Source: a virus. From it: a stretch of 64,000 nt of DNA. Positions 9,366 through 17,882 of the stretch are shown in pieces. A program made the translations under genes and the position numbers. The notes under the pieces were generated by a model, which worked only from the letters and a program-made list of their open reading frames with translations, was not told the origin of the DNA and made no database searches. The stretch is taken from IMG/VR virus record IMGVR_UViG_3300025834_000005, one strand, 5' to 3'. How positions within the stretch are numbered: the stretch's first letter is position 1; each line of letters opens with the position of its first letter.

Positions 9366-10658
9366 TTAAATTATTACGTTATAAGTTGCTGTGGTTGGAA
9401 ATGGCGATACAGGCGTAAACATGTATCGTTTATATAATATGGATGTGTATCCTTCAGCACCTTCAACCAATAAATCAGCTAATTTTGTAAATGCTGTTTG
9501 AACAGGCGTATTTGCAAATTCAACAAATAATACTAAATGTACATCAGATAATGTTGCTGGATAAGCAAAAACCACATTTGTAGCACCTATAGGAATATTT
9601 ATAGTGAATGTTGAAAGATTGAAAGTGCTTGGTAATGATCTTATTGACGCACTTGAGTCTAAAGCATTTGATATTCCATAAAATGCTTTTCTTCTGCCTA
9701 CAATTGATGTTGATAATGATGATGTTCCAGCTGCTAATGGCGCATCTGGCGTACCGTCATGATTAGGGTCTGATGGGTCACCATATGAGTCAAGTGGCTG
9801 AGTACCTATAGCATATTGAAGTGATCCATTGAATGTGTTTGTACCATCAGTTATTAGTCTCGGATTTCTTGTTAATGTTAAGCCAGTCCCCACAGATGTA
9901 CCATCAATTATACATTCAACAATGCTTCCAGCTCTGTAATTTTGAAATGTGGATGGGTTCCAAATACCACCAACAACTAATCCGTTTATACTACCTCTGT
10001 TGAATGAATATGTTAATGCTACATTAGCATTCGTTCCAGCCTCAACATTGCTGCCATTTAAATTAGTTGTAAACCCAAATGATGATGCGCTAAATGTTGG
10101 ATAATATGTTGTTATTAATAATTTCTTAACAAAATCCGTGAAAGATGTTCCAGATAACATTAATCTCTGATCCCAGATACCACCAACCTCAACATTAGCT
10201 CTAACATCTTCATCAAGATAAGGTATTTCATTACCTTCTAATGTATGAGCAACTAATTGATGGTTTTCATATCTTATAACATCTTTTTCAGATGCGCCGC
10301 TTATTATTACTGGCACATCTGCATGATTTTCATCGGTTAATATAAATCCATCAACCTTATTTATGCGTGTATTTCCAGATAGATTTAATTCGCTACCTAA
10401 GCTTTGTTTAAAATTTAGATCGGATAAATTTGGCTTATACTCACGTACTACCTTATTATTTACAATTCTAATAAAATCACCCTCAGTTGTTGATTCAGAT
10501 ATTGATACAACTATATCATTATGATTACTATCTGTTAGTATAAGACCCTCATTTTTATTTATACGAGTATCGCCAGATAGATTTAATTCGCTATCTGGAT
10601 TTTGCTTAAATTGTATGTCGGATAAATCTGGTCTTGATTTAAATTTTGTAATTGTCAT
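9366..10658 (-). CDS. Tail/baseplate protein downstream of the tape measure, with a duplicated N-terminal module
   Basis: ORF with the late-type motif 12 nt upstream. Two roughly 65-aa copies of (R/K)P(D/N)LSD(I/L).FKQ....SELNLSG(D/N)TRINK..G.ILTD.NH. Confidence 0.65.
   Translation of the reverse strand: MTITKFKSRPDLSDIQFKQNPDSELNLSGDTRINKNEGLILTDSNHNDIVVSISESTTEGDFIRIVNNKVVREYKPNLSDLNFKQSLGSELNLSGNTRINKVDGFILTDENHADVPVIISGASEKDVIRYENHQLVAHTLEGNEIPYLDEDVRANVEVGGIWDQRLMLSGTSFTDFVKKLLITTYYPTFSASSFGFTTNLNGSNVEAGTNANVALTYSFNRGSINGLVVGGIWNPSTFQNYRAGSIVECIIDGTSVGTGLTLTRNPRLITDGTNTFNGSLQYAIGTQPLDSYGDPSDPNHDGTPDAPLAAGTSSLSTSIVGRRKAFYGISNALDSSASIRSLPSTFNLSTFTINIPIGATNVVFAYPATLSDVHLVLFVEFANTPVQTAFTKLADLLVEGAEGYTSILYKRYMFTPVSPFPTTATYNVII
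10248..10637 (-). repeat. Two roughly 65-aa in-frame module copies at the N-terminus of the 430-aa protein
   Basis: RPDLSDIQFKQNPDSELNLSGDTRINKNEGLILTDSNHNDIVV versus KPNLSDLNFKQSLGSELNLSGNTRINKVDGFILTDENHADVPV. Confidence 0.75.
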
Positions 10659-10670
10659 GCTATGTTTATT

Positions 10671-10680
10671 ATATAAATAC
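10671..10680 (-). promoter_or_regulatory. Late-promoter-like motif GTATTTATAT
   Basis: AAGTATTTATATAA, 12 nt before the ATG of 9366..10658. Confidence 0.5.
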
Positions 10681-10701
10681 TTTTATTAATATTATTCTTC
10701 A

Positions 10702-13209
10702 TTAAGATTTACCTCTTTCGTAGCTTTTCATTCTGTTAATTAAGATCGGTATATTAATAGCTTTAGCTGTGAATCTTTCTCCGTCAATATCTAACGTAAT
10801 ATTAGCCTTCATTGTAACATCTTTATCGGCAAACTCAACCTTTAATGGCTTGCTTAATAATGTTGCTAATTCAGCGAATGCTGATCCACTTTTTGTATTC
10901 ATTTTTGATATTGATGCGACAACATTAGCTATAGCCTCATAATCAGATGCATTACCTGCAAGTGCTGTGTTAATCTCCTTAAATGCAGTTCCAATTTTTT
11001 CAATTTTTGGAGCATATGCTGAGATAGCACCTAATGTGGCAAGTAACCCAATTCCGCCTATCATACCTATACCAGCACCACCCATTGCAAGACCAATAGC
11101 ACCTATACCACTTGCAACGCCTAATAGAGCACCTTCAGAACCTTTTGCAGAATCTATCATCTTACTAAATCCCTCAGCCATATAACCTATACCAGCAGCA
11201 GCGACGCCTATACCAGCACCGATACCTAAAGCCGCTAATCCAAATGCTGCAACAGGTGCGGTAGCAAAAGCAGCAGCCACACCCATGCCTATCATAGTTA
11301 CACCAATAATTCCTATAGTCCAATTTAACTTTGTTAGTTTTTCGCTATCAACATCCTTAATGGCTGAAGCTAACTGGCTTATACCGAGTGCTGCAACACC
11401 TATACCAGCACCTACGCCAGCAGCAGCAGCACCTACGCCTAACCCACCTCTCATCAGTCCCTTACCAACATTAGCATTGCCAGCACCACCGATTCCGCCA
11501 CCTAATCCGCCAGCACCACTCATAGCACTACCAGCATTTCGTGTAGCTCTCGCACCTCTTCCTAAACTTGTACCACCGAGCATATTTCTACCAGAGGCTA
11601 TATAAACTATTTTTGATAAAGCAGTTACGCCACCATTTAATAGCACAGCAGCACCAGTTATAATACCAGCAGCTTTTAGAAAATCATGATTTATATTTTC
11701 TTTAAACCATTTAGCGACTGCCTGAAATTTAGGTATAAAGAACTGCATAACATCGTTTACGCCTCTTAGCATCGGTAATAATATGGTTTTAAATGAAGCT
11801 AACGTTGCTTGTAATGCTTCTTCAAATGTTAATGAATCTTTAGCTCTTTGTTCTAATGTCGCTTTTTGTTGTATAAATAAATCTGCCTCAGATTTGGTAA
11901 GATCAGAGATATTTTTAGCTGTCGTCCCAATTATCACTTGAAATTGACCCGATTTAGAATTAAATATAGCTGAACCTTCTATAGCGTCTTTATTCTCTTT
12001 AGACATTCCAGAACCAAGCATATTTCTACGCATTTTTGAAATGTCAGCCATTCTTAAAGCTTGCTGGGTAAGTTCACCATTCTGTAAACCTAACGACTTC
12101 TCAACGGAAGCCATTCTATCTCTGTCAGCAGGCGATATAAATTTAGAAAATGAACCATCAGCTTGTCTTTGAAAAGTAACAACACCTTTAGTCATCTCAT
12201 TAATCTTCTCTGTAAACTTAGCTGGGTCATTACGTGATAAGAATAGCATTTCAAATGGGTCTGATTTAGCAAATTCTCCGCCCATTACTTGTAAACTGGC
12301 TGCTAATCCTATAGCACCTTCCAATGTTTTTGCTGTATCAATAGCGTTAAACGCTTGACTAAAATCAACATTCATTTTTGTAGCATACGCCGACATCTTC
12401 ATCATACCAGCAACACCACCTTTAAAATTATATAAGTTTAGTTTCTTGAAATTTTCATTAACATTCTTTAATGCTTTAGCTGTATTTATGCCATATTTTT
12501 CGCTTGAATGAACGAATTTTTCAGTCATTTCAAATGTTGTTTGAGCGTCAACACCCATTAACTCAAACTGAGCAGCCATTTTTGTGGCATTCTCAACACC
12601 CAATCCAGTGCCTCTACCGATCTTTACTATATCGACAATCATTTGCTCTGACATGACTCTGGCTCTGCCAGTTTCATCAGCAAATCCTTGCATAACTTGC
12701 TGTACATCGACCAATGAGCCACCCATTTCAGCAACAGACATAGCCGAATTTTCGAAAGACGTCCTAATCATTTCAGCTTTAACGCCAGACATTCCAAGAT
12801 TTAGAATAGTTTGTCTAATGATCTTATCAGAATCCATTAAGCCTTTTATCCAAACGGCTTCTAATTTAGTTTGACTAATTAAGAGGTCTTTAATCTTCTG
12901 ATGCTGCTCAACTCTCTGTTTATCAACCTTTAAATTTTCTTTTGAATTTATAAGATTATCTTTGGCAATTTTTAAAGCTTCTTTTTGGGTATCTGTAGCA
13001 GTTCCATTATTTTTTACAGCTGCTTTTATTATCTTCTCCTGTTTTTTTAATTCGAGAGTTAATATAGCTTCCTGAACTCTATGAGCCTCATCAAGTGCCT
13101 GTATTTTCTTTTTTTGATCGAAAATAGAACTTAGTGTAGCAGCTTGATCATCATAGTACTGCTTCTCAACCTTTAAAAAGTTTATTTCGTCGTCGTAATT
13201 TCTTGCCAT
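10702..13209 (-). CDS. Tail tape-measure protein
   Basis: 835 aa. Coiled-coil N-terminus and a long Gly/Ala-rich hydrophobic segment (GGLGGGIGGAGNANVGKGLMRGGLGVGAAAAGVGAGIGVAALG...), typical of tape measures. Sits in the tail module. Confidence 0.8.
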   Translation of the reverse strand: MARNYDDEINFLKVEKQYYDDQAATLSSIFDQKKKIQALDEAHRVQEAILTLELKKQEKIIKAAVKNNGTATDTQKEALKIAKDNLINSKENLKVDKQRVEQHQKIKDLLISQTKLEAVWIKGLMDSDKIIRQTILNLGMSGVKAEMIRTSFENSAMSVAEMGGSLVDVQQVMQGFADETGRARVMSEQMIVDIVKIGRGTGLGVENATKMAAQFELMGVDAQTTFEMTEKFVHSSEKYGINTAKALKNVNENFKKLNLYNFKGGVAGMMKMSAYATKMNVDFSQAFNAIDTAKTLEGAIGLAASLQVMGGEFAKSDPFEMLFLSRNDPAKFTEKINEMTKGVVTFQRQADGSFSKFISPADRDRMASVEKSLGLQNGELTQQALRMADISKMRRNMLGSGMSKENKDAIEGSAIFNSKSGQFQVIIGTTAKNISDLTKSEADLFIQQKATLEQRAKDSLTFEEALQATLASFKTILLPMLRGVNDVMQFFIPKFQAVAKWFKENINHDFLKAAGIITGAAVLLNGGVTALSKIVYIASGRNMLGGTSLGRGARATRNAGSAMSGAGGLGGGIGGAGNANVGKGLMRGGLGVGAAAAGVGAGIGVAALGISQLASAIKDVDSEKLTKLNWTIGIIGVTMIGMGVAAAFATAPVAAFGLAALGIGAGIGVAAAGIGYMAEGFSKMIDSAKGSEGALLGVASGIGAIGLAMGGAGIGMIGGIGLLATLGAISAYAPKIEKIGTAFKEINTALAGNASDYEAIANVVASISKMNTKSGSAFAELATLLSKPLKVEFADKDVTMKANITLDIDGERFTAKAINIPILINRMKSYERGKS

Positions 13210-13225
13210 TGTTCTAATCTATATC

Positions 13226-13235
13226 ATATAAATAC
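13226..13235 (-). promoter_or_regulatory. Late-promoter-like motif GTATTTATAT
   Basis: TTGTATTTATATGA, 16 nt before the tape-measure ATG and immediately after a terminator hairpin. Confidence 0.5.
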
Positions 13236-13274
13236 AAAAGGAACTAAATTATAATAACTTAGTTCCTTTTTTTT
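13236..13274 (-). terminator. Intrinsic terminator upstream of the tape-measure promoter motif
   Basis: aaaaggaactaa-N11-ttagttcctttttttt. On the minus strand the hairpin is followed by TTTTGTATTT. Confidence 0.65.
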
Positions 13275-13431
13275 ATTTATTTGATGCTCTTGCTCTTTGA
13301 CTTTCTATTTCATCGTTTTCTTTTTCCATTAAGTGTAGAAAGTATCTTCGTTTCCATACAGGTATGCTTTCCACATATTCGGCTTGAAATTTACCATGCT
13401 TTGTTAGAATATAAATTTCGTCATTTACCAT
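13273..13431 (-). CDS. Small ORF (52 aa, MVNDEIYILTKHGKFQAEYVESIPVWKRRYFLHLMEKENDEIESQRARASNK), or the -1 frameshift extension of the upstream gene
   Basis: My own translation. This frame is open from the T9 tract at the end of 13449..14318 down to the TAA at 13273-13275, immediately before a terminator hairpin. Confidence 0.3.
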   Translation of the reverse strand: MVNDEIYILTKHGKFQAEYVESIPVWKRRYFLHLMEKENDEIESQRARASNK

Positions 13432-13448
13432 TTTCTTATAGTCACCTG

Positions 13449-14318
13449 CTAACTGTTTGGGAAAAAAAAATCTATACCGAGAGTTAATGTTGATGTGAAT
13501 TTGTATCCATCATCAGCTGTAAATGTATATCTAAGATCAACATCTGGTGATACTTCACCAATTTTTTTACGAATTGTAAATGAGTCTAAGGCTGGCATAG
13601 CATCGACAAACTTATCAATATAACCTCTGTCGGTATTACCATCAATTGATATAATACTTGCTTTAAGTCTTAGTGTGCCATATGAGCTGAAAGATTCTTG
13701 AAAGGCTGATTTCATGGCTTCTGCTCTTTTTGATACGATATCATCCTCATTATATGTTAAAATCCTAAATTTTACGGTTTTCTTTCTCATGGGAATATTA
13801 ACTGTAAAATGTCCCTCAGCATCTGGTTCTTCACCTATGGATTTGTATGTTAAATCTAATAGGTTTACAACTGATTTAAATGGTACACCTGTCCTTGGAT
13901 CGGTTACGATAACTGAATAGTCAGCACCGTATGATGACGTCCTTAAAAAGAGTATTAACGCATTTCTATCGCCTTGAAGTAAATCTTGAATGTTTACATT
14001 CGGTGTTTTCACCTTTCTTCTTAATAATAAATCGAGAACAGTACCATTTTCAATTAAAGACGGAGTTGTTAAAAGGTCTTCGTCCTTTGACGTCATGTAT
14101 TCGATGTTAATTTCACTTAAATGATTATCATAATACATTCCCTTTGAAGGTAAACTTACTGTTTCGTAAGGTATAATGAGATCAGGGTCAACTTCTTTAC
14201 CCATTACATTATTAAAACCGCCTGTCATAGGAATAACATCTGCGCTTTTTACATCAGTATTTTGTTTATATCCTTGTATAGCATTTTTGAGTGCTTGTGC
14301 TCCTGTTTCTTTACCCAT
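13449..14318 (-). CDS. Baseplate-hub / tail-assembly protein (T4 gp26-like by memory), directly upstream of the tape measure
   Basis: VSLPSKGMYY...INIEYMTSKDEDLL...LLQGDRNALILFLRTSSYGADY resembles the T4 baseplate-hub (gp26-type) family pattern. Also supported by position. Confidence 0.5.
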   Translation of the reverse strand: MGKETGAQALKNAIQGYKQNTDVKSADVIPMTGGFNNVMGKEVDPDLIIPYETVSLPSKGMYYDNHLSEINIEYMTSKDEDLLTTPSLIENGTVLDLLLRRKVKTPNVNIQDLLQGDRNALILFLRTSSYGADYSVIVTDPRTGVPFKSVVNLLDLTYKSIGEEPDAEGHFTVNIPMRKKTVKFRILTYNEDDIVSKRAEAMKSAFQESFSSYGTLRLKASIISIDGNTDRGYIDKFVDAMPALDSFTIRKKIGEVSPDVDLRYTFTADDGYKFTSTLTLGIDFFFPNS

Positions 14319-14353
14319 ATTATATAATTATTTATAATTTTTTATTAATTTAA

Positions 14354-14363
14354 TAATAAATAG
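14354..14363 (-). promoter_or_regulatory. Late-promoter-like motif, variant CTATTTATTA
   Basis: 35 nt before the ATG of 13449..14318. Confidence 0.35.
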
Positions 14364-14431
14364 TGCTTTTTTCAAAATAAATTCAAGATTCAAAATTCTT
14401 ATGTGTATAATGTAATAAAATTATATGTCAT

Positions 14432-15220
14432 ATGGGAAAAAAGAATACTAAACTCGAAGATACAAAGCAAGAGGAAAGGGATTATCAAAGCATCGTTAAT
14501 GGTGCTGATAAGAGTATTTCAACCTTGAAATTCGAGATAAATAAAATTATTACGAGCGATATTAAAGTAGAGGCAAAAAATGATAGCCAGAAAAAAATCA
14601 TTAAATCGATTAAATCTAATGAGGTTACGATTTGTTCTGGATTTGCTGGAACTGGTAAAACATATGTAGCGTTGGGTATTGCTCTTGATTTGCTTAGAAA
14701 GGCAAATACACCCTATAGAAGAATTTATTTATTGAAATCTGTTACGCCTTTAAAAGGTGAGGAGGTTGGATTTCTAAAGGGTGGTATTGAAGAAAAGATT
14801 GATCCTTTTATGTGGAGTTTTAATTTAAATATTACTAAATTAATTCCAGAGAAAGCATTTAAATCTTTAACAGACGCTAATTTCATTAAAGCTGTTCCGC
14901 TAACATATTTAAGGGGAACAACCTTGGATGATTGTATTATGATTTTAGATGAGACTCAGAATGTCGCAATTAAAAATGTTAGAACAGCGATGACACGTAT
15001 AGGTACTAATTGTAAATTGATTATGCTTGGTGACGTTGATCAGATAGATTTAAAGAATGAAACGGAAAGTGCTTTAAAACCGATTATTGACATGTTTGGC
15101 GATACGCCGAGTATCGGAGTTATCGAAATGGATGTTAATGATAAAAATGTTAGAAATCCATTAATAGCATTAATTGAAGCAAAATTTAAAGAATATTTTA
15201 ATAAAACAAATAAAAAATGA
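14432..15220 (+). CDS. phoH: PhoH-like ATPase
   Basis: Walker A GFAGTGKTY, Walker B IMILDETQN, LGDVDQIDL. Size and order are typical of phage PhoH. Confidence 0.85.
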   Translation: MGKKNTKLEDTKQEERDYQSIVNGADKSISTLKFEINKIITSDIKVEAKNDSQKKIIKSIKSNEVTICSGFAGTGKTYVALGIALDLLRKANTPYRRIYLLKSVTPLKGEEVGFLKGGIEEKIDPFMWSFNLNITKLIPEKAFKSLTDANFIKAVPLTYLRGTTLDDCIMILDETQNVAIKNVRTAMTRIGTNCKLIMLGDVDQIDLKNETESALKPIIDMFGDTPSIGVIEMDVNDKNVRNPLIALIEAKFKEYFNKTNKK

Positions 15221-15948
15221 AAAAAGTAAAAATAGGAATTGATATTAATGAAATTCTAAGAGCAAAATGGTTACAATTTGACCGTTATTACCTCAATGAA
15301 TTTGGCGAAGAGGGTGTGCCAGCGAAAATACCTTATGTATATGATTATTTTAATACATATGCGTGGAATGCAACATCGGAACAGATTAATGTTTTGAAAG
15401 AGAAATTTGATGATAACTTCAATACTCTTGATTATGTTGTGGATGAAGAAACTGGTGAAGCACCAGTAGATACGTTTATTTCTAATAAAGAAATTGTAAG
15501 CGAAACAGCACTTGAGGTTTATAATAAGTTCATGCATCTTGATTTTGTATTTGAAATCTCAGGGTCAGCACCTTTTATGTATAAGGGACTTGATTTAGAC
15601 TTAAAAAACTTTTTGTATAAGTATGGTAAGTTTATTGATGTTACAATATTTTCGGTTGAAAATGTTCACACAATTCCGCCGACTCTATTCTTTTTAAGTA
15701 GAATAATGTCACGTTTTAGTACCTATAAGTTTGTTGAGAACTCAACAGATATTATTGAAGATGTTGACGTTATTATTACAACTGATCCTAAATTGTTGAA
15801 TGTTAAATTACCTGAAGGTAAAACAATCATCAAAGTAAATAGACCTTACAACGTTGATAACGGAACTGATTATTCATCGGTACTTCAATTAGTTGAATTG
15901 GTTGATAACGTTGAGTTTGAAAAATTAATTGGTTACGAAAAAAAATGA
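15217..15948 (+). CDS. Hypothetical protein, possibly HAD/NT5C-like with a degenerate motif I
   Basis: N-terminal KIGIDINEIL sits where HAD enzymes have DxDxV/T (second Asp is Asn here). The distal DVDVIITTDPKLL resembles the NT5C motif. Weak. Confidence 0.3.
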   Translation: MKKVKIGIDINEILRAKWLQFDRYYLNEFGEEGVPAKIPYVYDYFNTYAWNATSEQINVLKEKFDDNFNTLDYVVDEETGEAPVDTFISNKEIVSETALEVYNKFMHLDFVFEISGSAPFMYKGLDLDLKNFLYKYGKFIDVTIFSVENVHTIPPTLFFLSRIMSRFSTYKFVENSTDIIEDVDVIITTDPKLLNVKLPEGKTIIKVNRPYNVDNGTDYSSVLQLVELVDNVEFEKLIGYEKK

Positions 15949-17066
15949 CGAAACAAATAAATAAGAATATGTTAGAAAATAATGAATTAAATAAAGAAAA
16001 CATAGCAGTTTTAAGTAAAGCTGCTACGAGATTAGAGTCGAAAGAGTCTAAGTTTATATTCTGTGTACCAGAATCTATTAGTCCATCTGCCTCAGTATAT
16101 GAGATATATACTCACGCAAATGTTGTAAAAAGTATGGGTTATAATGTTATAATTATGACTGAAAATACAGATCTTAAAGCACCTGAATGGATGGAATCAT
16201 CATTAGGCGACCTTAAGCATGTGTTGATTAGTGATTCGAAAATAAACGTATCACCTGATGATTTCATGGTAATTCCAGAAGTATTCACAAATATTATGGA
16301 GCAGGTTAAAAACCTACCATGTAAAAAAATCTGTTTATTACAATCATTCGATTACATGTTAAATGGCTTAATTCCAGGATCTGACATTGAATTATTCGGT
16401 ATTAATGATATTATTACCACGTCTGAGACATTGAAAAATATGTTAAACACTTTTTACGGCGAAAAGTTTAAAGTTGAGACTTATAATATCGGTATACCTG
16501 ATTACTTCCATGCATCTGACAAGCCTCAGAATCCTGTGATCTCAATCGTAGGCAGAAATAATAACGATATTACTAAGGTGATTAAATTATTTTTCAGTAA
16601 ATATCCACATTTGAAGTGGATTACTTTTGATCCATTACTCACAAATACAAAGCCACCAACACAGTTGGATAGGGTTAGCTTTGCTGAGAGACTGCGTAAT
16701 AACTTTGCGGCTGTATGGATCGATAGAATCGCATCTTTCGGTACTTTCCCTGTTGAGTGTATGAAAAGCGGTGTAATTCCAATTTTCATTGTACCTGATA
16801 TTGAACCTGAATATTTAAAAAATGATCAGGGAGAATATGTTGAGGCTGGCATGTACACGAGCAACATTTACGATTTACCTATAATGATCGGCGATCTTCT
16901 TACTAAGTTTATTGATGATAGTATTCCAGAGGGAATTTACGAAACAATGGCTGAAATTTCAAAAAGATATGATATGAGTAATTCTATCGAGCAGATTACA
17001 AATATTTATGCTAAATATGCTGAGGAAAGAATTAGTTTTTTAAAAAATGCAATAAATTTACAATAA
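15945..17066 (+). CDS. Putative GT-B (GT4-like) glycosyltransferase
   Basis: C-terminal IASFGTFPVECMKSGVIPIF resembles the E.FG...EAM..G.P sugar-nucleotide motif. The match is modest. Confidence 0.4.
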   Translation: MTKQINKNMLENNELNKENIAVLSKAATRLESKESKFIFCVPESISPSASVYEIYTHANVVKSMGYNVIIMTENTDLKAPEWMESSLGDLKHVLISDSKINVSPDDFMVIPEVFTNIMEQVKNLPCKKICLLQSFDYMLNGLIPGSDIELFGINDIITTSETLKNMLNTFYGEKFKVETYNIGIPDYFHASDKPQNPVISIVGRNNNDITKVIKLFFSKYPHLKWITFDPLLTNTKPPTQLDRVSFAERLRNNFAAVWIDRIASFGTFPVECMKSGVIPIFIVPDIEPEYLKNDQGEYVEAGMYTSNIYDLPIMIGDLLTKFIDDSIPEGIYETMAEISKRYDMSNSIEQITNIYAKYAEERISFLKNAINLQ

Positions 17067-17067
17067 A

Positions 17068-17865
17068 ATGACACAATTAAGTATAATAATTCCAGTACAT
17101 GAATTTAATGATACTGTTAAAGAATATCTCATTAAGGCTATAAATTCGATTGAGGCTCAAACTGAGATATCTGAAAAACCTCGAATGGTTTTCGTGTTTC
17201 CACCTTCAATTAGTAGAGACGTTCAAGATACTGTTGCTGCTATTCAGCCTAATAACGTTACTTATATTAATAATACTGGTTTAACTGATTATCAGTCTCA
17301 AGTAAATTTAGCCTTATCTGTAGTTGATTCAGAGTATTTTTCAGTATTCGAATTCGACGACGAACTTGGTACAACATATGCGAAAAATGTTGAAAAATAC
17401 ATTAAAGCATATCCACTTGTTGACTTGTTCATTCCTATGATGCTTGAGGTTGACGCTGATAATAAGCCTTTAAAAATCTCTAATGAGGTTGCATGGTCAC
17501 AGCATTTTGCTGGTGATATCGAAAAACTTGGGTTTCTTAGCATTGATACTGTTAAATCATACTCTGATTTTAAATTATCTGGTGCTGTAATCAGAAAATC
17601 TAATTATCTGAAAAATGGTGGATATAAGACGAATATTAAATTAACTTTTATGTTTGAATATCTCTTAAGGGTGTTAAATAATGATGGTAAGGTATTTATA
17701 ATTCCGAAAATCGTTTACAAGCATTTAGTTGACCGTACCGATAGCATGTTCGAGGTGTACTCGAAAACAATGCCTAAACTCGAACGTAAATTCTGGTTCG
17801 ATGTAGCAATGAAAGAATATTTCTTCAGCAAAGATAGAGAAATTAATCTATTGAGCATTAGTTAA
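17068..17865 (+). CDS. Family 2 (GT-A) glycosyltransferase
   Basis: LSIIIPVHEFNDTVKEYLIKAINSIEAQT at the N-terminus, plus an acidic FEFDDE (DxD-like) motif. Confidence 0.65.
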   Translation: MTQLSIIIPVHEFNDTVKEYLIKAINSIEAQTEISEKPRMVFVFPPSISRDVQDTVAAIQPNNVTYINNTGLTDYQSQVNLALSVVDSEYFSVFEFDDELGTTYAKNVEKYIKAYPLVDLFIPMMLEVDADNKPLKISNEVAWSQHFAGDIEKLGFLSIDTVKSYSDFKLSGAVIRKSNYLKNGGYKTNIKLTFMFEYLLRVLNNDGKVFIIPKIVYKHLVDRTDSMFEVYSKTMPKLERKFWFDVAMKEYFFSKDREINLLSIS

Positions 17866-17882
17866 AAACCCTCTATAATTAA

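Noticed and set aside
10967-12874. Plus-strand ORFs 10967..11185, 11285..11605 and 12584..12874 (P/A/I-rich).
   Set aside because: They are antisense shadows of the Gly/Ala-rich tape-measure gene. The same reasoning applies to other short antisense ORFs in the track, e.g. 1001..1189, 1776..1967, 7281..7478, 24321..24641, 40554..40847, 41376..41633, 48732..49102 and 61658..62104.
13281-13487. 68-aa plus-strand ORF in the gap between the hub-like gene and the tape measure.
   Set aside because: It has hydrophobic junk-like composition and no upstream signal. The minus strand here is open in the -1 frame of the upstream gene and ends exactly at a terminator, which explains the gap better.
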